Translations under genes and position numbers: made by a program
Shown here: piece after piece, positions 31,431 through 40,677 of the stretch
How positions within the stretch are numbered: position 1 is the first letter of the stretch
Layout: each line of letters starts with the position of its first letter
Notes under the pieces: model-generated
Seen by the model: only the letters and a program-made list of their open reading frames with translations
Database searches by the model: none
What the model was told of the DNA's origin: nothing
Assembly: GCA_963843375.1 (NCBI GenBank)
Contig: CAWJKT010000001.1
Span: 160,001 to 224,000, forward strand
DNA length: 64,000 bases
Direction: 5' to 3'
Source of the DNA: an uncultured Pseudomonadota bacterium
Lineage (GTDB): Bacteria > Oederibacteriota > Muellerivitia > Muellerivitales > Muellerivitaceae

Positions 31431-32885
31431 TCAGCGCATCCAGACCATGCCGCCAAATTTTTCGCTGAACTTGCTGAAGATAATGTGGCCGATGTTTGTA
31501 TTGGTTACGAAACGGCGGCCCCAGCGGTCGATAATGGAAAGGCGGCTTAAGTAATAGGCGATGCTTCCAAAAATTGGCCCCATTCGGTAGCGCAGCATGC
31601 TCCATTCGTAGAGATTTTTGCCTTTCTTGATGATCTCCATGCGCTGTTCCTTGGTGAACTCGTCCGTTTCAAAGATGGGATACTTGGAGTTGTAAGACAT
31701 GTCGGTCAAATAATTGGGCACCAGAAGGCGCGCGTGCTCTTGCACGAACTTGAAAAGCTCAGTTCCCGGGTAAGGGGTGGCGTTGTTGAAGTTAATAAAG
31801 GTGGCCGGAAGGCTCTTAGCGAACTTCAAGCTCTCTTTGGCTTCCTCGTAAGTTTCAGTGGGATGACCAGCGATGAAACCGACGGAAGAAGGAATGCCTA
31901 CTTTCTTAGTCAAAGTGACGGCTTTCACCACCATCTCCTTGTTTAAGCCCTTCTTGATCACCTTCAAAACACGGGGGTTTCCCGACTCGCAGCCGAAATT
32001 CACGAGGCGGCAGCCGGACTCTTTCATGAGGATCAAGAGTTCCTCCGTCACCGCGTTGACCCGCATTCCATTCCATAATTCCCAAGTGATCTTAATGTTT
32101 TTTTCGAGGATGAGCCGGCAAATGTCCATGACCCTTTGTGGATGAAGGTTGAAAACGTCGTCGTTGATTTGGAAATGCCGCCAGCCCTTGTTGTACCAGT
32201 GCTCAATTTCCTTCACACTGTCTGCGGCCGACCGAGAACGAAAGCCGCTTCCCATGGTTAAAGGAACGGAACAAAAGGTGCATTTGTAAGGACATCCCCT
32301 CTGGGTGATGAGGGGGATGGCTTTGACTTGATAACAAGGGTAACGTTCGATTCCGAAAGATTCGTAATCCGGATAGGGGAGTTCCTCAAGATTTTGCAGA
32401 AGGGGCCGGTCACAATTTTCAATATTTTCCGAGCCGTTGCGCCATAGGAGGCCCTGGACTTCAGCGAAATTCGGTTCGGGAGATTTCAAGACATCCAAAA
32501 GATGGAGCGTGGTCTGTTCCCCCTCGTTCTTGATGGCAAAATCCACGGCGGTATCTTTTAAAACCTTGAGGTGGCTGACTGAAACATGGGGCCCGCCGAT
32601 GACCACTGGTGATTTGGTGTGAGCTTTGATCCGGTCAATGAGAGCATAAACGTGGGGTAAGGAGTAACTGAAGGAAGTCACCCCAATCAAATCGTACTTA
32701 TTTTTCAACAATTCCACCAGACGGTCAGGTCCATCCATCCTTTCATCGTAAAGATCCACATGGACGCCTTTTGATTTTAGATAAGAAGAAAGATAAGCAA
32801 CACCCGTATGAGGGTGGCCGGGGACGGCATTAGGGTCGCCAAAGATGGAGCGTAAGTTAGAAACGGTTAAAAGAACGCTATGCAT
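31431..32885 (-). CDS. B12-binding radical SAM protein
   Basis: GGPHVS, NEGE, QRGCPYKCTFC, DDVF, GCESG, PYPGT. Confidence 0.9.
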   Translation of the reverse strand: MHSVLLTVSNLRSIFGDPNAVPGHPHTGVAYLSSYLKSKGVHVDLYDERMDGPDRLVELLKNKYDLIGVTSFSYSLPHVYALIDRIKAHTKSPVVIGGPHVSVSHLKVLKDTAVDFAIKNEGEQTTLHLLDVLKSPEPNFAEVQGLLWRNGSENIENCDRPLLQNLEELPYPDYESFGIERYPCYQVKAIPLITQRGCPYKCTFCSVPLTMGSGFRSRSAADSVKEIEHWYNKGWRHFQINDDVFNLHPQRVMDICRLILEKNIKITWELWNGMRVNAVTEELLILMKESGCRLVNFGCESGNPRVLKVIKKGLNKEMVVKAVTLTKKVGIPSSVGFIAGHPTETYEEAKESLKFAKSLPATFINFNNATPYPGTELFKFVQEHARLLVPNYLTDMSYNSKYPIFETDEFTKEQRMEIIKKGKNLYEWSMLRYRMGPIFGSIAYYLSRLSIIDRWGRRFVTNTNIGHIIFSKFSEKFGGMVWMR

Positions 32886-33053
32886 AGGCCTCGCTCAAGC
32901 TAGTCCAAGGATAAATTAGACACTTATTATATACGAATCGTTTCGGGACAAAAAAAGGGTAACACATGTCCAGGAAGAGGGTCAAGGCAAGGGGAGCCGA
33001 AGACACCAATGTTTGTTGGATTTTACAAGCAACCCCCACCGCTGGTGAAAAAA

Positions 33054-34209
33054 TCACCGGATGGGAAATCCTTGGTCACTATAAGGCTCGGCTTCCACCG
33101 GAGTTGGGGTTAAAGCGGGGAGTGACTGCGGGCTGATGAGCCTGGGGGCTTGATTCGGTTTGATACGGATAATGACGTCGTTTTGGATGTCGGTGATATA
33201 AAAACGTCCTTTTGAATCGGCCGCGATAGCCGCGGAAATGGGGATGATAATTATCATTCAAAATATCATCCTTAGCCGACCATTGTCCGATAGGCTCAAA
33301 TCGCTGGTTGAAAAATTCAACGCGCCCCGCCATGCCATCGGTGACAGCCGTGATCCCGTCCTTGGTGACGGCCACACCTCCCGGCTCCTTAAATTGATAG
33401 GGCCCATCCCCATACCAGCCCAGATTGGTGACGGGGACCCCGCCGTCATTGAAAACCTGTAGCTTGAAATTACCCGTATCGGCCACCAGACCCTGGTCGA
33501 TGCTGTTGACGGTCATCCCCAAAGGAACGCTGAACATGGCCGTTATCGTGGAAGAATTGGGATCCCCGAAGGCTCCAAAAGTGGAATTGAACTGGCCCAA
33601 TTGGCTGAAGATTTCTACCCGCGAATTGCCCGAATCCAAAACCCAAATATTGCCAAAATGATCCTTGGCGATGGATCGGGGAAGATTGAAATCACCGTTA
33701 TCCGTACCCTGAGCACCCCAAGAGGATAGGACTAGGCCGCGCTCATCTAAAACCACGACGCGTTGGTTCAAGGTGTCGGCCACATAAATTTTCTTGGAGG
33801 GATGGATGAAAATCGCCGCGGGATGATTGAACTCCGGCGGATTACGCCAGTCCGCCCGGGTGCCGAAGGTTCCAAAGGTGGTCACGGGATTTCCATTCGA
33901 ATCCCAAACGACAATGCGGCTATTGCCGGTGTCCGCGATGACCATTTTACCGCTGGGAGAAATATCGATGCCTTCGGGATCGTTCAATTGATCATTGTTG
34001 GTTCCTTTGGAGCCCCACATGGCGTCGAAGGTGTAAAGTTTAGGCCCGGGGTAGGGAACGGGCGTCATGGTGGAGGTGGGTGTTTGGGTAGGTGTACCGG
34101 TGGGAGTTGCGGTTGGCGTGGGGGAGTGGTGTCTCCTTGCCCAAAGATCGGAGGGATAAGCAAAGATCATAAAAATCAGAACAACGAGGGACAAGCACTG
34201 GAAATTCAT
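33054..34209 (-). CDS. Secreted NHL-repeat beta-propeller protein with Pro/Thr linker; frameshift near 33230
   Basis: Signal peptide, PTPTATPT linker, repeated F..P.GIA/ADTGN.RI units; last blade continues in ORF 33054..33257. Confidence 0.85.
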
Positions 34210-34243
34210 GGATCAATGCTATCGGGGGCAATAGGGAAAAACA

Positions 34244-34310
34244 AGTTCTTAGTTTCAAGTGTTGAGTTGGGGTTATTATCGCGGAGTGAAAGTTTATAAA
34301 CTTAAAACTT
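34244..34310. repeat. Second 7-nt tandem repeat patch
   Basis: AGTTCTT-AGTTTCA-AGTGTTG-AGTTGGG with partial complementary AACTTAA-AACTT downstream. Confidence 0.45.
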
Positions 34311-34330
34311 GGGAATAAGTTTAGTTTTTT

Positions 34331-34813
34331 TTAGGCGCTTTCCATCCGGCTCTGGCAATTAATACAGCGAGTGGCCCAGGGGAGGGCTTTCAAACGGGCC
34401 ATGGGAATGGATTTTGTGCAGACTTCACATTTTCCGTAAGAACCGTCTTCGATGAGCAGGATCGCCTTTTCAATGCGCTCCAGTTCAATGCGGTCATTTT
34501 CCATGAGGGTGACAGAAAGGTGCTGGTTTAATTCGCCCGAACCGTGATCGGCCATGTCTCCGGGCATATTTTGATTATCGGCGATTTCTTCCTTCAGGTC
34601 CTGCTCTAAGTGATTTACCTGACCGGTAATTTCATTTCGGCGCTGTTGAAGCTTTAGCAGAAGGGGTTGGAAGGCGGGATCAATGCGGACCTTTTTCTTG
34701 ATGACAGGTTTCGCGATGAGCATGGGTTTTGAGGATTTGGCGGCGGATTTTTTAGTGATCGATTTGGTTTTTTTTGCGGTTTTTTTCTTCGCGAATTTTT
34801 TCTTGGGAGACAT
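34331..34813 (-). CDS. DksA/TraR-family C4 zinc-finger protein
   Basis: GGAGG RBS; DMAD coiled-coil tip; YGKCEVC..I...RL.ALP....CINCQ. Confidence 0.9.
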   Translation of the reverse strand: MSPKKKFAKKKTAKKTKSITKKSAAKSSKPMLIAKPVIKKKVRIDPAFQPLLLKLQQRRNEITGQVNHLEQDLKEEIADNQNMPGDMADHGSGELNQHLSVTLMENDRIELERIEKAILLIEDGSYGKCEVCTKSIPMARLKALPWATRCINCQSRMESA

Positions 34814-34871
34814 AGTTTCCTCCAAAATTTGTTGGTTCGTAATAAGACTTCAGGGAGTTGAAAAGGATAGA

Positions 34872-34900
34872 AGAGTATCGGAGGGGTGAAAAACTGTCAA
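34872..34900 (-). promoter_or_regulatory. sigma70-type promoter for dksA-like gene
   Basis: TTGACA-17 bp-TACTCT on minus strand. Confidence 0.55.
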
Positions 34901-35044
34901 GAATAAAGGGCCGAAATTCAGTTGAAATTGCAGGAAATAAAGCGAAGCCCTGTGGGCTCCTTTTGGAGGGACACCCCTGTCTTGAAGGGTATAGGAACCT
35001 TATACTTGGATATCTTTCATCCCGCCGGTGAAAAAGGAGTTTTT

Positions 35045-35614
35045 ATGGCCTTGAGCATAGCGCTAGTCGTCCTTTTATTTATCTTAGGTATCGCCCTTTT
35101 AGGAGCGATTTATCTTGTTACCGTCTATAACTCGCTGGTTCGTTTCCGGGTGGAAGTGGACAATTCCTGGAGCCAAATTGATGTCCAGCTGAAAAGGCGC
35201 CACGACCTTATCCCTAACCTGGTTGAAACGGTGAAAGGGGTGATGGATTTTGAAAAAAATACCCTTACACAAGTCATGCAAGCCCGTGCGGCCGCCATGG
35301 GGGCCACCAACCCGTCCGACCGGGTCAAAGCGGAAAATGACATTACCTCCGGCTTGGGCCGCCTCCTGGCTGTCTGGGAAAATTACCCCGCCTTGAAGTC
35401 CAACCAAAACGCCAGCCAACTTCAAGAGGAACTGGCCTCCACCGAGAATAAAATCGCCGATGTTCGCAGCCATTACAACGATGTCGTTGCGAATTATAAC
35501 GCCCTCACCCAGCAATTTCCTTCCAATATAGTCTCCGGATCCTTTGGCTTTTCCCAAAGGGAATTCATGAAAGCCGCCGATTCGGAAAAGGAAGTTCCTC
35601 AAGTCAAATTTTGA
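35045..35614 (+). CDS. lemA: LemA-family protein
   Basis: AAGGAG RBS; YNSLV, WSQIDVQLKRRHDLIPNLVETVKG, ENYPALKSN, TENKI. Confidence 0.92.
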   Translation: MALSIALVVLLFILGIALLGAIYLVTVYNSLVRFRVEVDNSWSQIDVQLKRRHDLIPNLVETVKGVMDFEKNTLTQVMQARAAAMGATNPSDRVKAENDITSGLGRLLAVWENYPALKSNQNASQLQEELASTENKIADVRSHYNDVVANYNALTQQFPSNIVSGSFGFSQREFMKAADSEKEVPQVKF

Positions 35615-35927
35615 ACTGCCATACTTTCTGATCTTTATTTTAAGGATTCATGAGTTTCGTTTATTCTTTTCGAAGGCAGGGGGGAGAGTTTGTTTAACCG
35701 ACCCTATCAGCATACTGCTTATATCCATTCGCTTTTCTTGACCTATATCTAGGGGCAAGTCCCGGTGACCCATACCAGGGACGCCCCCCTTTGGGGGATT
35801 CAATCCCCAGCCAGTGGCGATAAAGATATAACCAAGTATAATTTGGGCATTCTATAAAAAGACGCCGGGTAGCCGCAGTTCCCGGCAACAAAACAACATC
35901 TTTCAACACCAATGGAGCAGCCGTATT

Positions 35928-38900
35928 TTGGGTCGATTAAAAAGTATCGCTTATCTTCTTTTTGTTCCTACCGCCTTTTTACTTTTGGGGGCCTCGCCCC
36001 TTTCCGCCCAAATAAGCCTGACCAAGTCCGTTAATGTTTCCTCAGCCTCTTCAGGCGGCCCCATTACTTATATCCTTAATTATTCCAACGCCAATACCAA
36101 TACGACCTGTTCGGATACATTCGAAGAGGATGCCTTGGGGGTCCAGCCGCCAGGTTGGACCGATTCGGGCGGAACTTGGACCACGGTTGCCGACGACGGC
36201 CCCAGCGCGCCTGGAACTATGGCTCTTCAAGGGGTCGCTGCGGCTAATACCTATCCCAACTTCCTGAATTCCTGCGCGGGTCAGGTGGGGGACGGTTCCA
36301 TCCAAGCGGACATGAAGATCAACGCCACTGGACAAACAGGCGTGCTTCTGTGGCGCTTTACGGGTTCCAATACCCCGACGGTGGTGAACGGCTCGAACTA
36401 CCAGGCTGATATCGAAAGCGGCACCGCCAACAATGTTTCGGTGAATTACTACAACAATGGAACCGCCACTTTCCAAAACGTGGCGACGGCGAGTTTTACC
36501 ATCACCGCAGGCACTTGGTACACGGTTCTGTTCCAGGTTGCCGGTTCGGGAACGACCGCCACCTTGTCCCTTTCGATTAACGGCACCCAAGTGATCGCCC
36601 CCACCGCCTCGAATTTCTCCATTGGTTCGGGTTTCGCGGGTCTCCAGGTGAACAGCGGTGGGACCGTTCGATTTGACAATGTTTCCATCATCAAATCTGT
36701 CCAGGCCTACAACGTTACCGTGACTGATACTCTTCCAACGGGTCTGACTTATGTTTCTTCCAGCGGTTCACCAACGGTCAATGCCCCGCAAATAGTTTGG
36801 AACTTGGGCAATCTGGCGAGTGGAGCCTCCGGCGCGCTGACGGTTTCCGGAACAATCAACGATTGCGGTATCACCCTGACCAACACCGGGGAGGTGAATA
36901 GCACCCTACCGATGGCGGCCAATATTTCCGCCGCAGTCACGACCATCATTGCCGTTTGCACTCCGACTCCCACTTATACCCCGTCAGCCACGGACACCAT
37001 GACACCGACTTTAACCCCAACCCCTTCATCTACTTTTTCAGCGACAAGTACCGCTACATTTACTCCCAAGAACAGTCCTACCCTCACGGCAACCGCTACC
37101 GCGACGAGTACGACCACCAGTACGGCGACGTCAACGGCGACCAACACCCCTACTCCAACCCCCAGTTTTACCGATACCAGTACCGCCTCGATGACCGCGA
37201 CTAATACCGCTACCAGTTCGGCCACCTACACGCCCTCGAGCACGGTTACTCCAACGGCGACCAACACCACCACTTTAACCGCCACAAGTACGGCCACCTT
37301 GACGGCTTCAAGTACCCCAACCAGTTCAGCCACTAATACCGCCACCAATACACCCACCGATACCGCCACGGCCACTGCGACAAAGACCTGGACGAATACG
37401 GCCACTTCTACGGCCACGGATACCCCTTCCTCTACGGCAACAAGTACACCTTCAAATACGACTACTACAACAGCGACATTCACACCCACCACAACCGGGA
37501 CTTATACGGTCACCTTGACCTTTACTGATACCGCTTCAAACACGACTACGAATACCCCCTCGGGTACAGCCACCTCAACTGAGACTAACACGGTTACAGC
37601 CACACCCACCGCTACACCGACTTATACGTCTACTTCAACCGCCACTGGAACAGCGACTTTAACGGCTACGAATACCGCCACTAACACAGCTTCTAATACG
37701 GCAACGAATACACCCTCGAGCACCACAACGCCAACGGCGACCAGCACCACAACATCCACTCCCTCTTCGACTGCGACTTCTACGGGAACTTTCACGTTCA
37801 CGGGGACGCCCACTGACACTTTCGCTGATACCGCAACGAACACAGCCACTTCAACTGTCACTGGAACAGCGACTTTAACGTCGACGAATACCGCCACTAA
37901 CACGGCTTCAAATACGGCAACGAATACAACCTCAAGTACCACGACGCCAACGGCGACCAGCACCACGACATCCACTCCCACTTCAACCGCGACTTCTACA
38001 GGAACTTCTACGTTCACGGGGACGCCCACCGCCACTTTCGCCGATTCCGCGACGAGTACACCTACTTCAACCGCCACTGGAACCGCGACTTTAACGGCTA
38101 CGAATACTGTCACTAACACGGTTTCAAATACGGCAACGAATATACCCTCGAGTACCACAACGCCAACGGCGACTCGCACCGCGACATCCACTCCCATTTC
38201 GACCGAAACTTCTACGGTCACCTCAACCGTAACCCTTACCAACACTTCGGGGAATACCGTTACGAATACTCCCACGTCATCCCTTACTGCAACGTCTTCC
38301 TCGACCCCCAGTCAAACGGCCACCCAAAGTCCCACAAGGACTTCCACATTTACTCCCGCCGCGACCCCTACTTCCACGCCTGCGGCCACCGTTTCCTGCG
38401 CTTTTGAAACGATCAATATTTTCGACCAGCGAGGTGAATTAGTAAGAACCCTCTGTGGCTTCCTGGGAGTCCTGAGTCCCGAAAACCTGAACCTAACGGT
38501 TTCAACTTTTGTTCCAAATCCATCCGGGTTGGGGGGTACTTTGGTCTTTTCTTTGAACGGAAAGACTTTAGCCACCTGGGACGCGATTAATAACGATGGC
38601 ACGGTGGTTCCAAATGGTTTCTATCACTTAGTGGTGATCCAAGTTTTTGCCGATGGAACCAGCGAGCAACTGCAAACCACTGTTTATGTAGGGGCCCTTT
38701 CCCAAACGGCGCAGGTTCAATTGTCGGCCCAACCCAACATCGTTACTTCCGGCGGAACCATCCGTCTTTTGGGGATGGTGGATGGAATTCCGGTGAATGG
38801 GAGCCAAGTCCTCAAGATTTATGACACCAGCCGCGAACTGGTAAAAACTTTGGGTATGTCCGGCGGTCAAGCGATTTGGGATTTAACCAACGCAGTCGGC

Positions 38901-39002
38901 CAGGAAGTTGGCTCCGGCCTTTACTTGATTGTCCTGGATACGGTGGATCCTAAAACGGGAAATCCAGCCCAAAAAATCATCAAGGTTGTCTTTTTAAGGT
39001 AG
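35928..39002 (+). CDS. Large secreted protein: split DUF11 domain with beta-sandwich insert, about 480-aa Thr-rich linker, two FlgD-Ig/CTD-like C-terminal modules
   Basis: Signal peptide; LTKS...ITY.L.Y.N and NVTVTDTLP.GLTYVSS..WNLG.L; IFDQRGELVRTL/WD..N.DG..V.NG.Y and IYD...ELVKTL/WD..N..G..V.SGLY. Confidence 0.85.
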   Translation: MGRLKSIAYLLFVPTAFLLLGASPLSAQISLTKSVNVSSASSGGPITYILNYSNANTNTTCSDTFEEDALGVQPPGWTDSGGTWTTVADDGPSAPGTMALQGVAAANTYPNFLNSCAGQVGDGSIQADMKINATGQTGVLLWRFTGSNTPTVVNGSNYQADIESGTANNVSVNYYNNGTATFQNVATASFTITAGTWYTVLFQVAGSGTTATLSLSINGTQVIAPTASNFSIGSGFAGLQVNSGGTVRFDNVSIIKSVQAYNVTVTDTLPTGLTYVSSSGSPTVNAPQIVWNLGNLASGASGALTVSGTINDCGITLTNTGEVNSTLPMAANISAAVTTIIAVCTPTPTYTPSATDTMTPTLTPTPSSTFSATSTATFTPKNSPTLTATATATSTTTSTATSTATNTPTPTPSFTDTSTASMTATNTATSSATYTPSSTVTPTATNTTTLTATSTATLTASSTPTSSATNTATNTPTDTATATATKTWTNTATSTATDTPSSTATSTPSNTTTTTATFTPTTTGTYTVTLTFTDTASNTTTNTPSGTATSTETNTVTATPTATPTYTSTSTATGTATLTATNTATNTASNTATNTPSSTTTPTATSTTTSTPSSTATSTGTFTFTGTPTDTFADTATNTATSTVTGTATLTSTNTATNTASNTATNTTSSTTTPTATSTTTSTPTSTATSTGTSTFTGTPTATFADSATSTPTSTATGTATLTATNTVTNTVSNTATNIPSSTTTPTATRTATSTPISTETSTVTSTVTLTNTSGNTVTNTPTSSLTATSSSTPSQTATQSPTRTSTFTPAATPTSTPAATVSCAFETINIFDQRGELVRTLCGFLGVLSPENLNLTVSTFVPNPSGLGGTLVFSLNGKTLATWDAINNDGTVVPNGFYHLVVIQVFADGTSEQLQTTVYVGALSQTAQVQLSAQPNIVTSGGTIRLLGMVDGIPVNGSQVLKIYDTSRELVKTLGMSGGQAIWDLTNAVGQEVGSGLYLIVLDTVDPKTGNPAQKIIKVVFLR
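37632..38216 (+). repeat. Intragenic 216-bp tandem repeat, about 2.7 copies
   Basis: ACTTCAAC(C/T)G(C/T)CACTGGAAC unit starts at 37632, 37848 and 38064. Confidence 0.85.
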
Positions 39003-39057
39003 GGATCGCCATTAACCGTTTGCTCCAGTTTTCTTCTTCCGTTACCATGCCTTTATT

Positions 39058-40101
39058 ATGGAAATTGTCCTTCTAAGGCTGGACCGGATCGGGGATTTTA
39101 TTTTGGGAATTCCCGCCTACCGGGCCCTCCGCCAAGCCCATCCAAACGCCCATATTTCGGTTATGGTCCCCTCGCCGGTTGCGGAACTAGCCAAAGTTTG
39201 CCCCTATTTCGACGAGGTTTATCTCTATGACGCCCTCTGGCTATTACCCGGCGAGAAGCCCTTGAACCGCTGGAAATCAGCTTGGAAATTGATCCGATTT
39301 CTCCGGTCCAAGCCGATTGATCTTCTAGTTGATTTCCGTTACCAAAGCCGTCTGGACCCCCTAGTAGCGGGACTTTCCGGGGCCACCGAAAGGGTGGGGG
39401 TGGACTTGGGATGGGTCAGTTCCTTTCTGACCAAGAAAGTGGAGCAACCGGCATCAAAACTTCACCAAGTGGAACGAAATCTTCATTTTCTCCAGGCCAT
39501 CGGGGTGACGACCGGGGACCATAAGCTGGAAATGTGGTTCGAAGAACAGGACCGCAAAGCGGCTGAAAGACATCTCCCCACTCAGGAGCTTTTGCCGGGC
39601 GTGCCCCGAATCGCCATCCATATTGGCGCGGCTACTCCTTCCAAAAGATGGCGGGAGGAGAGTTTTGAAGTGCTTATCCACGAACTTCACTCCAACACCC
39701 AAGCCGAAATTATTGTTTTAGGGGGGGAGAACGATTTGGGGTTCTCCCAGGAGGTGGTGGATGGGCTGGAATGCCCGATCATCAACCTGGTGGGAAAGCT
39801 TTCACTACGGCAGATGGCGGCCTTGATGACGGACTGCCGGATGTTCATCGGGTGCGATTCGGGAGCTAGCCATCTGGCCGCCGCCTGCGGCATACCGGTG
39901 ATCAGTCTTTTCTCCGCGGCCAATGAGGTTGAAATTTGGAAACCCTGGGGGCCGAAAGTCAAAGTCCTCACCGAACATCCCGCCTGTTCGCCATGCAAGA
40001 GCCATGAGTGCCTGAGAACCGACGGTTATTTCTGCATGGCGGAAATCAAAGTGGAGGATGTTTTTTCGGCGGCAAAAGCGTTTCTGGAAGAGACGGATTA
40101 G
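39058..40101 (+). CDS. GT9-family (heptosyltransferase-like) glycosyltransferase
   Basis: RLDRIGDFIL, HIGA..PSKRW, NLVGKLSL, GCDSGASHLAAA. Confidence 0.9.
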   Translation: MEIVLLRLDRIGDFILGIPAYRALRQAHPNAHISVMVPSPVAELAKVCPYFDEVYLYDALWLLPGEKPLNRWKSAWKLIRFLRSKPIDLLVDFRYQSRLDPLVAGLSGATERVGVDLGWVSSFLTKKVEQPASKLHQVERNLHFLQAIGVTTGDHKLEMWFEEQDRKAAERHLPTQELLPGVPRIAIHIGAATPSKRWREESFEVLIHELHSNTQAEIIVLGGENDLGFSQEVVDGLECPIINLVGKLSLRQMAALMTDCRMFIGCDSGASHLAAACGIPVISLFSAANEVEIWKPWGPKVKVLTEHPACSPCKSHECLRTDGYFCMAEIKVEDVFSAAKAFLEETD

Positions 40102-40104
40102 GTT

Positions 40105-40668
40105 CTAAGACAACAATAGTTCCTCATCGGGTTTGAGAAACCTCCACTTGCCCGATTCGACGTCCAGGCCCAAGCCTCCAATGCGGGTTCGCTTCAATTC
40201 CAAAACTTTCAAAGGTGTTCCGAATTTAGTGTCCTTGAGGCTTCCAAACAAGCGACGGATATGGCGGTTTTTACCTTCATCCAGCACGACTTCCAGCTTG
40301 GTTTTGTGTCCGGCGCCGCCCTTTATTTCCACCTGATAGGCTTTCAGCAATTCTCCCGAATTTTCCACGCCTTTAAGAGCTTGTTTGATATGAGCTTGAG
40401 TGACCAGGCCTCGCACCCAAACCTCGTAGGTCTTAAGGCAGGAGCCCGGTTGGGTAATCCGGTCTGCCAGTTTGTCGCTTCGGGTGAAAAGCAGGAGGCC
40501 TTTGGAATCCAGGTCCAGCCGTCCCACGGGTTTCCAATTTTTCTCATAAGCCCATTCGGGAAGGAGGACATAGACGATTTTGCGGTCTTTTTCGTCAGAA
40601 CGAGTGACGACGTAACCTTTAGGCTTGTTGAGCATCAATAAATTCGAGGAGGTTGGGCCGTCGGTCAT
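40105..40668 (-). CDS. RsuA/RluE-family pseudouridine synthase (no S4 domain)
   Basis: LNKPKGYV, VGRLDLDSKGLLLFT, EGKNRHIRR. Confidence 0.88.
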   Translation of the reverse strand: MTDGPTSSNLLMLNKPKGYVVTRSDEKDRKIVYVLLPEWAYEKNWKPVGRLDLDSKGLLLFTRSDKLADRITQPGSCLKTYEVWVRGLVTQAHIKQALKGVENSGELLKAYQVEIKGGAGHKTKLEVVLDEGKNRHIRRLFGSLKDTKFGTPLKVLELKRTRIGGLGLDVESGKWRFLKPDEELLLS

Positions 40669-40677
40669 TTGTCTTTC

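Noticed and set aside
35045..35614. lemA without an adjacent HtpX/TPM partner
   Set aside because: Solitary lemA genes are common and a partner may lie elsewhere
35752..35820. Formal c-di-GMP-I riboswitch call
   Set aside because: Lacks the GNRA tetraloop, the AAA junction after GACGC and the CUAA receptor; kept only as a structured region
35694..35912. 72-aa minus-strand ORF
   Set aside because: No clear RBS or family motif; overlaps the likely regulatory region of the large plus-strand gene
37632..38216. Possible CRISPR array
   Set aside because: Whole 216-bp units repeat in frame with no unique spacers, and there are no cas genes
36974..38602. Val/Ala-rich minus-strand ORFs
   Set aside because: Antisense shadows of the Thr-rich coding region
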